NCBI GenBank assembly: GCA_963745235.1
Contig: CAVUXE010000037.1
Span: 160,001 to 224,000, forward strand
From: an uncultured Spirochaetota bacterium
GTDB taxonomy: Bacteria > Spirochaetota > Spirochaetia > SZUA-6 > Fen-1364
Direction of reading: 5' to 3'
Length of the DNA: 64,000 nucleotides
How positions within the stretch are numbered: the stretch's first letter is position 1; every line of letters begins with the position of its first letter. Under the pieces are notes generated by a model. That model ran no database searches, was not told the DNA's origin, and worked only from the letters and a program-made list of their open reading frames with translations. Below are positions 20,479-31,474 of this stretch, in pieces. A program made the position numbers and the translations under genes.

Positions 20479-21524
20479 TCTCCGTCACCGTTGTTTTGAA
20501 ATTGGAGGACGCTGACACGGGCAGCAATTGCCCGGGCAAGCCGACGAAATGCCGCCGCGGACTCCAGGGGCTCCTCCACGGTCACTGGTGGCCTTCCCTC
20601 GTCTCCCAACCGGGAGACTGCGGGGTCCAGGGGGATGCGCCCCAGGAACGGGACCTCCATTTCCTGGGCGGCCCGCTCTCCGCCGCCTTCGCCAAAGACC
20701 TCTCCCGCCATGTTCTCAACGATCCCCAGGATGGGAACGTTCAGCTTCTTGAAGGCGGTCACGCCCCTGCGGGCATCGCTCACGGAAAGCATCTGCGGCG
20801 TTGTGACCACGACTCCGCCCGTGAGAGGGACCAGTTGCGCAACGCTGAGCTGCGCGTCCCCCGTGCCCGGCGGCAGGTCCACGATCAGGTAGTCCAGCTC
20901 GCCCCAGACCACCTCCGTGAACAACTGCTGGAGAGCCCCGTGGATCATGGGCCCCCTCCACACGAGGGCCTCGGTCTCGGAGACAAGAAAGCCCATGCTC
21001 ATGACGAGGACCCCATGGGCCCGTGCCGGGACGATCTTTTCTTTCAACGGAGGCGGAAGCTGCTGGATGCCCATCAGCGTAGGGACATTCGGGCCGTAGA
21101 TGTCAGCGTCCAGGAGACCGACTGCCGCGCCGGACTGCGCAAGCCCCACGGCGAGGTTGACCGCAACGGTTGACTTTCCCACGCCGCCTTTGCCGCTTCC
21201 CACGGCGACGATCGTCTTGATGGGCAGCTTCAGCTTGTCCATGATCCGACGGTCGGCCCGCATGCGGGCGTCGAACCCGACCTGGATCTGGCCGACGTCC
21301 GGCATGAAGTCGCGGATGGCCTTTTCACTGTCCTGCTTGAGCTTGTCCTTCAAAGGGCACGCGGGGGTGGTGAGCGTTATGGTGAAGCTGACATCCCTGC
21401 CGCTGATGCGTATGTCGCGGATGAAGTCCAGGGAAACGAGGTCCTTGTGAAGGTCGGGATCCTGGACAGTGCTCAGGGCCTCCCTGATGCGCTCCACGGA
21501 CACCGCGTTCTCAGTTGTTGGCAC
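20475..21524 (-). CDS. mrp: Mrp/ApbC/NBP35 ATPase with N-terminal DUF59 domain
   Basis: DPDL and TTPACP (DUF59); [33 protein letters not shown] and VENM motifs. Confidence 0.93.
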   Translation of the reverse strand: MPTTENAVSVERIREALSTVQDPDLHKDLVSLDFIRDIRISGRDVSFTITLTTPACPLKDKLKQDSEKAIRDFMPDVGQIQVGFDARMRADRRIMDKLKLPIKTIVAVGSGKGGVGKSTVAVNLAVGLAQSGAAVGLLDADIYGPNVPTLMGIQQLPPPLKEKIVPARAHGVLVMSMGFLVSETEALVWRGPMIHGALQQLFTEVVWGELDYLIVDLPPGTGDAQLSVAQLVPLTGGVVVTTPQMLSVSDARRGVTAFKKLNVPILGIVENMAGEVFGEGGGERAAQEMEVPFLGRIPLDPAVSRLGDEGRPPVTVEEPLESAAAFRRLARAIAARVSVLQFQNNGDGE

Positions 21525-21639
21525 AAACCCTCCTCGGAAGCATGTTGAACAGGAAGCAGGTTAAATATCACATAAATAGGGGAAGTTGACAAAGCACGGC
21601 TTGACCCGCGCGCATCCTGACCGTGAATATTTGACGTAT

Positions 21640-24600
21640 ATGGAAGAAGTGAAGCTTCCGAGACCGCACCTGCTGAAGGTGTTCGCCGTCCTCTGTCTCC
21701 TTGCGGGCCTTCCCGCCCTTTCCTGGGGACAGTATTTCGAGCGAAACAAGGTGCAGTATGGAGCGCTCGATTTTTCCGTTCTGAAGACCGAGCATTTCCA
21801 GATCTATCACTATCCGCAGGGCGCCCCGGCCGTGATGGACGCCGCGCGCATCCTGGAGAGCGCGTACGCCCACCATGCAGATATCTTCGGCTACGGGATC
21901 AAGGGCCCGCAGAAAGTGATCCTGTACGACAGCTTTATCGACTTCGAGCAGACCAACGTCATCCCCGGCATCATCTCACTGGGGGAAGGAGGCGTGACAG
22001 AGGGCCTCGGGCGGAGGATTGTCCTCCCGCTCACGGGCACCTACAGCGAGAATGCCCACGTGCTTGCGCACGAGCTCGTTCACGCTTTCCAGTTCGAGAA
22101 GATGAACCCCCTGGGGTTGTTCGCTGCATCTTCCCAACCCCTGCCCCTGTGGTTCATCGAAGGCCAGGCGGAGTATCTCTCCCTCGGACCGGATGATCCC
22201 CTGACGGACATGTGGATGCGGGATGCCGTTCTCAATGATGACATCCCCAGCATTGGAGACCTCGCCTCGAAGCAGGGCAAATACTTCCCCTACCGATTCG
22301 GGGATGCCGTCTGGTATTGGATCGACAGAGGCTGGGGAAAGACTGGCATGCGGGATTTCTTCATCGATGCAACCGAAAAGGGCATCCCGAGCGCCGTGAC
22401 GACCGCTCTCGGCGTGAAAACCATGGATGATTTCTCCGCCCGCTGGAAGGGAGACTTCCTGATCACCTACAGGCCGAAGATCGCAGGGCGCGCGACCCCC
22501 GCGGAGGTGGGCCACGTGCTCCCGGGGCTCAAGAGCGGCCTGAACCTCAGCCCCGTCATCAGTCCGGACGGCAAATACATCGCAGTTTTTTCCCTGCGCA
22601 ACCTCTTTGGCCTGGACCTTTACCTGACGGACGCGAAAACGGGAGAGGTTCTCAAGAACCTCTCCAGCTCCGACAGCGACGCGCGCTACGACGTCCTGAA
22701 CTTCATCGACTCCGCGGGGACCTGGTCGCCTGACTCGCGCTCCTTTGCCTTCGTCGTTGAAAAGGGCGGCAAGGATGCGGTGGCAATTGTCGAGGTGCCC
22801 TCGGGAAAGCTTCAAAAAATCATCTCTCTGGACGTCAAGGGAGCGGCGGGGTTGGCCTGGTCCCCTGATGGCTCACGGATCGCGTTGTCAGCCACGCAGG
22901 AGGCGCTGAGGGACATCTACCTCCTTGATCCCGCCACCGGAGCCCTCGAGCGTCTCACCAGCGGCTGGCACACGAAGCTCCAGCCTGCATGGTCTCCCGA
23001 CGGAAAGACGCTGGCATTTGCCACCGACCAGGGGGCCCACACGGACCTCGCCACCCTCACTTTCCAGTCGATGAACATCGGGCTCCTGGACATGCAGACA
23101 CGGGAAACCCGGATCATAGCCGTCAAGGATGGAGCCCGGCACATCAACCCGCTGTTCACATCGGACGGGAAAGACCTGTACTTCATAGCGGACACTGACG
23201 GCTACAGCGACTTGTATAGATACGACCTTACGACGCAGCAGTTCTTCCGCGTGACCAACCTCGCTACCGGCATCAGCGGTCTCACGATACTCTCCCCGTG
23301 CCTGTCCCTGGCAGGATCAACGGGCAACCTGGTCTTCACCATCTTCAACAAAAAGAAGTACGAGGTGCACGTGCTCGCCATGGACCAGGCACAGGGCACG
23401 CCCGTGAGCCTGGAGGGCGCCATCAATGCCCCGTCCCTCCCCTCGGAAATCACCTCGGGCAAGATAGAATCCCTGCCTGTTCTCCAGAACACCAGGCTGT
23501 TTCACTACTCCCCCGCGTTCTCTCTCCTGGCAATCAGCCAGGTCGGGGTGGGCTTCGGTGTGAGCCCCTTCGGCACGAGCGTGGGCGGGGCCGCGGCATT
23601 TTCCTTTGCCGACGTGCTGGGGAACCACCAGATCGATACCGCGGTCCAGGCGTCGGGCTCACTCGACAGCGTGGGGGCCCAGCTGGACTACGTCAACCGC
23701 AGCGACCACATCAACTGGGGAGCTGTCGTAGCGCACATCCCGCAGCTCTACTACACGGCCCTGACTCCGCCCTTCCCCGTCGCAGGCGCGGATACCGGGA
23801 TCCTGCAGCAGGTCATCTTCCAGGAGGAGGCGGACCTGTTCGCCCAATACCCCGTCACGATCAATCGTCGCTGGGAATTGGACGTCGGCTACACGCGCTA
23901 CTGGTGGGAGGGGACCATCCCCGCCTACTACTACCAGGGCGGCGTGCTCGTGGAGACCGACCAGGTCTCCTACCTCACTCCGCCGCCGCTGGATCTCGCC
24001 CACGCCGGGCTGGCGTACGTCGGGGACTATTCCTTTTTCGGCTTCACGGGCCCCATCAGGGGCTCTCGCTACCGGTTCGAGATGGACGGAGATATCGGAA
24101 CCACGTATTACCTCACCGCCCTCGGGGACCTCCGGGAATACCTGTTCCTGAATCCCGTCACCATTGCCTTTCGCGCGGTTTCTATCGGCCGGTACCTCGG
24201 CGGCGCGGACAACCAGACCCTGACCCAGTTCTATCTCGGGGAACCCGACCTTGTGCGCGGGTACGAGTACTATTCCATCCTTTCCATCGAGGGAGCGGGA
24301 ACGAGCGGAAACATTCCCCAGATCAATCGACTCTTCGGATCGAAGATAGCGGTGGTCAACCTGGAGGTGCGCGTTCCCGTCCTGGGAAACGATCAGTTCG
24401 GGATCCTGAGCTTCCCGTACCTCCCGGTGGACCTGGTCGGGTTCGTTGATGGAGGAGTCGCCTGGACGGAGAGCGATTATCCCGCCCTCGAGCTTTCCAC
24501 GGACCAGTACGCGCGCATTCCCGTGTTCAGCGCAGGGGCGGCGCTCCGGATCAACCTCCTGGGCGCGCTGGTATTTCAAATCTACTGGGCATGGCCCTTC

Positions 24601-24654
24601 GAGCGCCAGAACATCGGAGGCTCCTGGGGGCTCGTCCTCGAATCCGGCTGGTGA
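21640..24654 (+). CDS. Outer-membrane protein: peptidase-MA-like domain + PD40/TolB beta-propeller + Omp85/BamA-type barrel
   Basis: Signal peptide; AHELVH (HExxH) and PLWFIEGQAEY; repeated (W/I)SPDG; VRGY lid motif; C-terminal aromatic residue (LESGW). Start between 21586 and 21649 is uncertain. Confidence 0.82.
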   Translation: MEEVKLPRPHLLKVFAVLCLLAGLPALSWGQYFERNKVQYGALDFSVLKTEHFQIYHYPQGAPAVMDAARILESAYAHHADIFGYGIKGPQKVILYDSFIDFEQTNVIPGIISLGEGGVTEGLGRRIVLPLTGTYSENAHVLAHELVHAFQFEKMNPLGLFAASSQPLPLWFIEGQAEYLSLGPDDPLTDMWMRDAVLNDDIPSIGDLASKQGKYFPYRFGDAVWYWIDRGWGKTGMRDFFIDATEKGIPSAVTTALGVKTMDDFSARWKGDFLITYRPKIAGRATPAEVGHVLPGLKSGLNLSPVISPDGKYIAVFSLRNLFGLDLYLTDAKTGEVLKNLSSSDSDARYDVLNFIDSAGTWSPDSRSFAFVVEKGGKDAVAIVEVPSGKLQKIISLDVKGAAGLAWSPDGSRIALSATQEALRDIYLLDPATGALERLTSGWHTKLQPAWSPDGKTLAFATDQGAHTDLATLTFQSMNIGLLDMQTRETRIIAVKDGARHINPLFTSDGKDLYFIADTDGYSDLYRYDLTTQQFFRVTNLATGISGLTILSPCLSLAGSTGNLVFTIFNKKKYEVHVLAMDQAQGTPVSLEGAINAPSLPSEITSGKIESLPVLQNTRLFHYSPAFSLLAISQVGVGFGVSPFGTSVGGAAAFSFADVLGNHQIDTAVQASGSLDSVGAQLDYVNRSDHINWGAVVAHIPQLYYTALTPPFPVAGADTGILQQVIFQEEADLFAQYPVTINRRWELDVGYTRYWWEGTIPAYYYQGGVLVETDQVSYLTPPPLDLAHAGLAYVGDYSFFGFTGPIRGSRYRFEMDGDIGTTYYLTALGDLREYLFLNPVTIAFRAVSIGRYLGGADNQTLTQFYLGEPDLVRGYEYYSILSIEGAGTSGNIPQINRLFGSKIAVVNLEVRVPVLGNDQFGILSFPYLPVDLVGFVDGGVAWTESDYPALELSTDQYARIPVFSAGAALRINLLGALVFQIYWAWPFERQNIGGSWGLVLESGW

Positions 24655-24711
24655 CCTGCCGGCGGCCCGCCGGCGCTTTGTTTTGGACCGGGGTTTTCTT
24701 ACATTTGCCCG

Positions 24712-25290
24712 ATGAAGGGAAAGATTGCAATCATTGGCAAAGGCCACGTGGGGGCCGCGCTGAACGACGGCTTGAAACGGGCGGGATACGAGACGCGCAT
24801 GACCGGCAAGGGGCCCGGCGTGAGGGAGACGGCGGCCTGGGGTGACGTCCTGATCCTGGCGGTGCCTTTCAGCGCCGTCGACGCGGCAGTCGCGGAGTTA
24901 GGGGGAGCCGTTGACGGCAAGGCGGTGGTGGACGTCACCAACGCGATAGGACCGAAGATGGAGCTTGCCCTCGGCTTCACCACCAGCGGGGGAGAGCAAC
25001 TGCAGAAAAAGGCGCCATCTGCCCGGGTGGTGAAGGCCTTCAACACCGTGTTCGCCCAGAATATGAGCACGGGAAAAGTGAAAGGGAAGATGATTTCCTG
25101 CTTCGCTGCCGGCGACGACCAGGCGGCCAGGGCCCAGGTGCTCGAGCTTGCGCGGGACATCGGCTTCGACCCGGTGGACGCGGGACCGCTCGCCAACGCC
25201 CGCTGGCTTGAGGCGATGGGCTATATGCAGATCCAGCTGGGATACGCGCTGGGACTGGGACCCGCCATCGGATTTGCGCTGGTGAGGTAG
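24712..25290 (+). CDS. NADP oxidoreductase, F420-dependent family (Rossmann fold)
   Basis: IAIIGKGHVG, ILAVPF, VDVTN, VVKAFNT and GFDPVDAGPL motifs. Confidence 0.85.
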   Translation: MKGKIAIIGKGHVGAALNDGLKRAGYETRMTGKGPGVRETAAWGDVLILAVPFSAVDAAVAELGGAVDGKAVVDVTNAIGPKMELALGFTTSGGEQLQKKAPSARVVKAFNTVFAQNMSTGKVKGKMISCFAAGDDQAARAQVLELARDIGFDPVDAGPLANARWLEAMGYMQIQLGYALGLGPAIGFALVR

Positions 25291-25362
25291 AGCCCCGGTA
25301 TCCCCGTTTCCCCCGGTTGACTCCGACCCGCCCCTCGGATACACAGAGGGTACAGGGCCCCA

Positions 25363-27625
25363 GTGAGCCGGGAAAGCGACATCCTGAATCTCATAGCAGA
25401 CGCCGTCCTCGTTTTCGACGATGACTCGGCCCGCGTGGTGGAAGCCAACCGGGCCGCCAGCGGCATGCTGGGATACGAGCGGGATGAGCTGCTCGGCACC
25501 CGCCTGGGCGACCTGTCAGCGGAGCCGGACCAGTCCCTGAGGGCGTTCGGTGAGCGTGTTCACTACATCCCCTTGCGCCGCTACCGCAGGAAAGACGGCA
25601 GCATCATTTCGGTTGAAATCACAACGATGTACGCCCAATGGAAGGGACGCCCGGCTCATGTGGCCACCTACCGGGACGTATCCAAGCGGGAGGAAGCGGA
25701 GCGCGCGCTGCGGGACAGCGAGGAGCACTTCCGGGCCCTGGTGAAGAACCTTGGCGCCGGCGTGTGCATCGTGGACCCCAGGGAGTTCTTCCTCTACGCA
25801 AACCAGGCAGCGGAGAAGATCTTCGGAACCCAGGGGGACCTGGTCGGGAGGAACCTGGGGGAGTTCACGGAGGAGGCGGAGTTCGCAAGGATCCAGGAGG
25901 AGACTGCACGAAGGAAGAGCGGGGAGAAGGGCAGCTACCTCCTGTGGATCCGGCGTCCTGACGGGGAACGGCGCCAGTTGTCCGTCATCGCCAGTCCGCA
26001 GTTCGACACCCAGGGCGGTTTCAGCGGCACCTTCGGCATCTTCCAGGACATCACGGAGCAGGCGCGGCTCGAGCAGAGCCTGCAGAGGGAGCGAAACCTC
26101 CTGCTCACGCTCATCAACAACCTCCCGGACCACATTTACCTGCGGGATAAGGAAGACCGCTTCATCCTGGCCAACCGGGCAGTGGCCGCCTTCATGGGCG
26201 CGGGGGACCCCGAGGCCCTCGTGGGAAAGCGGGATTCGGATTTCTACCCGCCCTCCGTTGCCGAGGTCTTCGCCGCGGACGATCGCCTGATACTGGAAGA
26301 GGGAAAGAGCGTCATCAACCAGGAGCGCTGCGATCGCTCGGCCTCGGGGGAGCTGCGGTGGACCATGACGACGAAAGTGCCCCTGTTCGACGAGTCGGGG
26401 AGCGTAATCGGGCTGGTGGGCGTGAGCCGGGACTTCACCGAGTCCCGGGAAACCAAGGAAGCGCTGCGCCGCAGCCAGGAGCAGCTGCAGCAGGGGCTGA
26501 AGATGGAGGCCATCGGCAGGCTGGCGGGCGGCATTGCGCACGACTTCAACAACCTCCTGACCGTCATCAAGGGATTTGCGGAGCTGATTGACGGCCGACT
26601 GCCGGACGGGCACCCCTCCAAGGTGGAGATCGCTGAAATCAGGGGCGCCTCGCAGAGAGCGGCGCGGCTCACGTCTCAGCTCCTGGCCTTCGGAAGAAAG
26701 CAGATCCTGCAGCCACGGATCGTAAAGCTCAACGACGTGGTCCTTGCCATGCGCAACATGCTTCCCCGCATCCTCGGGGAAGATATCGAGATCACCGTGC
26801 GCCTGTGCGACGACGCGGGCAGCATCCGGGCAGACCAGGGGCAGCTGGAGCAGGTGATCATGAACCTGTCCGTCAACGCGCGCGACGCGATGCCCGGGGG
26901 CGGGCGGCTCACCATCTCCACTGACAATGCGGAGCCGTCGGCCTCCATGAAGCGCGACCACCCCGAGCTCAAACCGGGTCCCTACGTGGCGCTCACCGTT
27001 GTCGACTCGGGAACCGGAATGGACGCCAATACCCTCGCGCGGATCTTCGAGCCCTTCTTCACGACCAAGGAGCTGGGCAAAGGGACCGGCCTCGGTCTGT
27101 CCACCGTCTATGGGATCGTCAAGCAGAGCGGGGGATACATCTACTGTGACTCCGCTCCGGGGAAAGGGACGTCTTTCATCATTTACTTTCCGCGCGTGCG
27201 CGGGGAGGACCCCGAGACGCACGTCGAAGGGCATGCGGAGGTGAAGGGCCCCGGCGAGTGAGACGGTGCTCCTGGTCGAGGATGAGGATGCTCTTCGCGG
27301 ATTCCTTCGCTCGACACTGGAGAGCAACGGTTACACCGTTGTCGATGCGCGGGACGGCGTGTCAGCCCTGGAGCTGCTGTCGAACGGCAGGCGCACCTTC
27401 GACGTCCTGGTCACCGACGTCGTCATGCCCCGCATGGGAGGGCAGGAGCTCGCCCGGCGCGTGCTCCAGGGAAGCCCCGAAACCCGGGTCTTGTACATGA
27501 GCGGCTACGCGGAGGAATCCGTGATGCCTCCGCACCTCGAGGGGCAGCGGGTGGACCTGATCCGCAAGCCCTTTGAAGCCGCTGCCCTGCTCGCCAGGCT
27601 GCGGGAGGTCCTGGACAGGGGGTGA
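25363..27625 (+). CDS. Multi-PAS hybrid histidine kinase with receiver domain (+1 frameshift near 27256)
   Basis: Three PAS domains, [26 protein letters not shown]. The corrected junction reads [11 protein letters not shown] into the REC domain (ORF 27266-27625). Confidence 0.88.
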
Positions 27626-27632
27626 GCCCGTT

Positions 27633-28541
27633 CTAGGAGACGGCCTCCAATGCCGCAACCTCGCTGTCAGTCAGGCGCCATCCGAGGGCCCCGGCGTTCT
27701 CCTGGAGATGCGGGATGCTGGTGGCTCCGGGAATGGGCAGCGCCCCCTTGCAAAGCACCCAGTTGAGCGCCACCTGGGAAGGAGTCTTTCCCCCGTGGAC
27801 CAGTCCGATCTGCCGCACCGTCTCGGCAAGGGATGGCCGCGCCTGCCTACCGGCCGCCATGAGCCTGCGCCAGCCATGAGTCTGGACGCTCTCCCCGCCG
27901 GCGAGGCGCCCGAGCGCCAGCGGCCGGTAGGCAACGAGCGTCACTCCCAGCTCACGGCACGCGGCGAGCGTGCCGTTTCCCTCCGCCGCCCTGTGAGCAA
28001 GGCTGAGCTCCACCTCGTTGCAGGCAAGGACGATGCCGCGGGAGGAGAGAACGGCGTGCGCCCTCCGCACCTGGGACGCGTTGTAGTTGGACACGCCAAC
28101 CGCGCGCACCAGCCCGGCCTCAGCCGCGTCCGCCAGCGCTTCCACCCACGTTTCGATGGAAACCGGACCCCACGGGAAGTGAATCAGGTAGATATCCAGC
28201 GCGGCGAGGCGCAGCCGGTCCATGCTTCGTCGAAGAGCATCGACCAGCGCTGTCTTTCGGAGACGCCACGGGAAGGGAAAGAACTTCGAAAGCACGGCGG
28301 GCCGCTCCCGCCCTTCGAGCCCGGCAAGGAAAAGGCCGACAGTGCGCTCCGAGCCACCGGCCCCGTATACTTCAGCGGTATCCACGATGGCCACACCGCG
28401 GGAAAGGGCGGCCTCGAACACCGCCTGCAGCTCGGGCTTCGGTCTGCCCGCCCTGCCCCACGCATTTGTGCCGAGCCCAAGAGGGCTGACAAGGACGCCG
28501 CTCTTTCCCAGCGGGATCTTCGACAACGGCGCGGGGCTCAC
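27633..28541 (-). CDS. Aldo/keto reductase
   Basis: LGLGT, DTAEVYG, SKF, IHFP, VGVSNY, AYRPL and PIPGA motifs; GTGA overlap with the upstream gene. Confidence 0.9.
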   Translation of the reverse strand: MSPAPLSKIPLGKSGVLVSPLGLGTNAWGRAGRPKPELQAVFEAALSRGVAIVDTAEVYGAGGSERTVGLFLAGLEGRERPAVLSKFFPFPWRLRKTALVDALRRSMDRLRLAALDIYLIHFPWGPVSIETWVEALADAAEAGLVRAVGVSNYNASQVRRAHAVLSSRGIVLACNEVELSLAHRAAEGNGTLAACRELGVTLVAYRPLALGRLAGGESVQTHGWRRLMAAGRQARPSLAETVRQIGLVHGGKTPSQVALNWVLCKGALPIPGATSIPHLQENAGALGWRLTDSEVAALEAVS

Positions 28542-29924
28542 GCGGTGTCCCTGGTGCACACCCTGTTCTTGCCCGACTCCTTGGCCCTGTACAAGAGCTC
28601 ATCCGCCGTGCGGATGAGCTCTTCCGGGCTCGCCGCGTCGTCAGGGCAGACGGCAAGCCCCAGGCTCGCCGTGACGGAGAAAGGCGGCCGGGAATCAGTG
28701 CTGGAAAACCCGGCGGAGGCAATGGCCGTCCGGATGCGCTCCGCCACCACTGCTGCTCCCGCCCTGTCCGTGTACGGGAGGACCACCGCAAACTCCTCAC
28801 CGCCGTAGCGCGCAGCCAGGTCGATCTCCCTCACTGACCGCCTGATCCGCTCAGCAGTTTCGATGAGGATCATGTCGCCGGTCGCGTGCCCGAAGTTGTC
28901 GTTCTTCCTCTTGAAGTCGTCTATGTCCAGCATGATGAGCGACGTGGGATGTTTTTTTCTCCGCGAACGCTTCACCTCGAGCTCGAGGAACTTCCTGAAA
29001 TAGCCGTGGTTGGAGAGCTTCGTCATTCGAATCGTTGGAGGCCGCGCTCAGCGCCGTCCTGTAGTGCTCTTTCAGCCAGGTGAGCTCCGTCTTCTGCTTG
29101 AGGAGCCGGGCAACGCGCAGGGACACCTCGCGGGAATCGAAGGGTCGCACCAGCAATTCGCTGACACCCCAATCCAGGAGGCGCACGCGGAGCTCAGGGT
29201 CATCCGGAGGGACCGCCGCAAGGGTCGGCAGGTTTTCCGTCTTTGACCGAAGCGCGCCGAGCATCTCCTGCGGCATCGAGGAGTCCAGGACCACGACGTC
29301 TGTTTCGCGCCGCAGGAAGCTCTGCGGGTCGTCCCCGCTGGATGCCATCTCCACGCGATAGAGGTCCGCCGGGAGCCCCGCGGCCACGAGGTCGCGCTCC
29401 TGCATGTCTTCAAGGAACACGAGGACGCTGCGAGGCCCGACGCCGTCCTTTTCCCTGTCCTCGCGGGAGGCCCCCTCTGCCGTGAGAGAAAGGGAGTGAT
29501 TGAGGAGCTGTTCCTGGTATTCCCTGAGCCGGAGCATGGACCGAATCCGCACCAGGAGCTCCGAACGATCCACCGGCTTGGGCAGGAGCTCGTCCGCGCC
29601 GGCCTCGAGGCCCTTGAGCTTGTTGCCCGGGTCGTTCAGACCCGTCATCAGAATTATCGGGATGGCAAGGGTGGCCGGGTCACTTTTCAACATGCGGGTT
29701 GCGTGGTACCCGTCCAGATCAGGCAACTGAACGTCAAGGAGGATGAGGTCCGGGGAATGCGCGCGCGCCTTTCTGATGGCGTCTTTCCCGCTGGTTCCAG
29801 CCAGGACTTCATACCCCTCCACTCTGAGAAGCGCGGAGAACGCCCTTGCCGTCTGCGGGTCGTCATCAACCACAAGGAGCCGAGCGCGGCTGCGCGTGGC
29901 CCCGTCCTGGAAGGTTTTTCCCAT
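28538..29924 (-). CDS. PleD-like response-regulator diguanylate cyclase (REC-pseudoREC-GGDEF; +1 frameshift near 29027)
   Basis: REC (VVDDD, LLDV, PKP); corrected junction NDSMTKLSN; RYGGEEF active site with RxxD I-site (REID). Confidence 0.87.
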
Positions 29925-30006
29925 GGAGCGCCCTGCAGGTAAAATAGTACGCGCCCCCTTTATCGAGCAAGCCCCCTTTGCGGCCTTTGTGCGGCGGCGG
30001 TCGCCT

Positions 30007-30588
30007 CTATGCCGCCTGGCCGGCTATCATGTCCAGGAAGTACCTGTGCACGCGCCCGTCTTCGGTCAGCTCAGGATGGAAGGCGGTAGCGAGCAGCTTC
30101 CCTTGCCGGGCGGCCACGACGCGGCCATCCGTCAACGTGGCAAGGACCCTGACTTCCCTTCCGGTCTTCTCGATGAGCGGCGCCCGGATGAACACTCCAC
30201 GAAATGGCGCCTCACCGAGGGCCGGCACGTTCAGGCTCTCCTCGAAGCTGTCCAGCTGCCGCCCGAACGCGTTCCTTTTCACGGTGATGTCCATGACGCC
30301 GATCAGGGGCTGATCCATGCCGCCAATGTCGCGCGCCAGGAGGATCATGCCTGCGCACGTGCCGTACACCGGCATCCCCCGCTTCACCGCGGCGCGCAGC
30401 GGCTCCAGCAGCCCGGAGAGGACCAGGAGCTTCCCGATCGTGGTGCTCTCCCCTCCCGGTATGATCAGGCCCGCAATGCCTTCCATGTGCTCGGGCAGCC
30501 TGACGAGGACCGGGGAAGCTGAGGCCCGCCTGAGGGCCTCAGCATGCTCCGCGAAAGACCCCTGGAGAGCAAGCACGCCGACTTTCAT
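30007..30588 (-). CDS. pdxT: PLP synthase glutaminase subunit
   Basis: GVLALQG, PGGEST, GTCAGMI, RNAFGRQ, FIRAP and FHPE motifs. Confidence 0.97.
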   Translation of the reverse strand: MKVGVLALQGSFAEHAEALRRASASPVLVRLPEHMEGIAGLIIPGGESTTIGKLLVLSGLLEPLRAAVKRGMPVYGTCAGMILLARDIGGMDQPLIGVMDITVKRNAFGRQLDSFEESLNVPALGEAPFRGVFIRAPLIEKTGREVRVLATLTDGRVVAARQGKLLATAFHPELTEDGRVHRYFLDMIAGQAA

Positions 30589-30590
30589 CT

Positions 30591-31472
30591 CTACCAGCCC
30601 CTCACCGCCAGGCGCTGGCCGTCTGTCATGCTGGCAACCTCCAGCCCCCGCATCGGCATCCCGAGCCCCTTGGACACCCGGGCAATCACGGCAGGGTCCT
30701 GGAAGTGAGTGGTCGCTTCAACGATGGCGCGGGCCATCCTCTCAGGGTCCTCCGATTTGAAGATCCCTGAGCCCACGAAGTTCCCCTCCGCGCCGAGCTG
30801 CATCATGAGCGCCGCGTCAGCGGGGGTTGCGATCCCGCCCGCCGCGAAGTTGACGACGGGAAGTCTCCCGGTTTCGGCAACCTCAGCGACCAGGTCGTAC
30901 GGCGCCCCGAGGTTCTTCGCCGTGGCCATGAGCTCCGTCTTGTCCATGGAGCGAAGCCGCCTCACCTCGTCCATCACGGTGCGCATGTGCCGCACGGCCT
31001 CCACCACGTTGCCCGTGCCGGCCTCGCCCTTTGTGCGGATCATGGCCGCCCCTTCCCCGATCCTGCGCAGCGCCTCGCCGAGGTCCCGCGCGCCGCAGAC
31101 GAACGGGATCTTGAAGGCGTGCTTGTCGATGTGGTGCGCCTCGTCGGCGGGCGTGAGGACCTCGCTCTCATCGACGTAGTCCACGCCCATTGCCTCCAGG
31201 ATCTGCGCCTCCACGAAGTGGCCGATCCTTGCCTTTGCCATGACAGGGATGGTCACGGCCTCCATGATCTGCTCGATGAGCGAAGGGTCGCTCATGCGCG
31301 CCACGCCCCCCGCCGCGCGAATATCGGCGGGAACGCGCTCGAGGGCCATCACGGCAACGGCCCCCGCCTGCTCCGCGATCTTCGCCTGGTCAGGGGTCAC
31401 GACGTCCATGATCACGCCGCCCTTCAGCATCTGCGCCAGGCCTTTCTTTGTGGCAAACGTCGACTTGTCCAT
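30591..31472 (-). CDS. pdxS: PLP synthase lyase subunit
   Basis: [40 protein letters not shown] and C-terminal RGW; GGAGG RBS. Confidence 0.97.
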   Translation of the reverse strand: MDKSTFATKKGLAQMLKGGVIMDVVTPDQAKIAEQAGAVAVMALERVPADIRAAGGVARMSDPSLIEQIMEAVTIPVMAKARIGHFVEAQILEAMGVDYVDESEVLTPADEAHHIDKHAFKIPFVCGARDLGEALRRIGEGAAMIRTKGEAGTGNVVEAVRHMRTVMDEVRRLRSMDKTELMATAKNLGAPYDLVAEVAETGRLPVVNFAAGGIATPADAALMMQLGAEGNFVGSGIFKSEDPERMARAIVEATTHFQDPAVIARVSKGLGMPMRGLEVASMTDGQRLAVRGW

Positions 31473-31474
31473 CT

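Noticed and set aside
24658-24684. GC hairpin followed by a T-rich tract after the Omp85 gene
   Set aside because: The T-tract is interrupted and overlaps the likely -35 region of the next gene, so it is too ambiguous to call a terminator.
18353-27625. Apparent stand-alone response regulators at 18353-18832 and 27266-27625
   Set aside because: They are the receiver domains of the upstream hybrid kinases, separated by single-base insertions.
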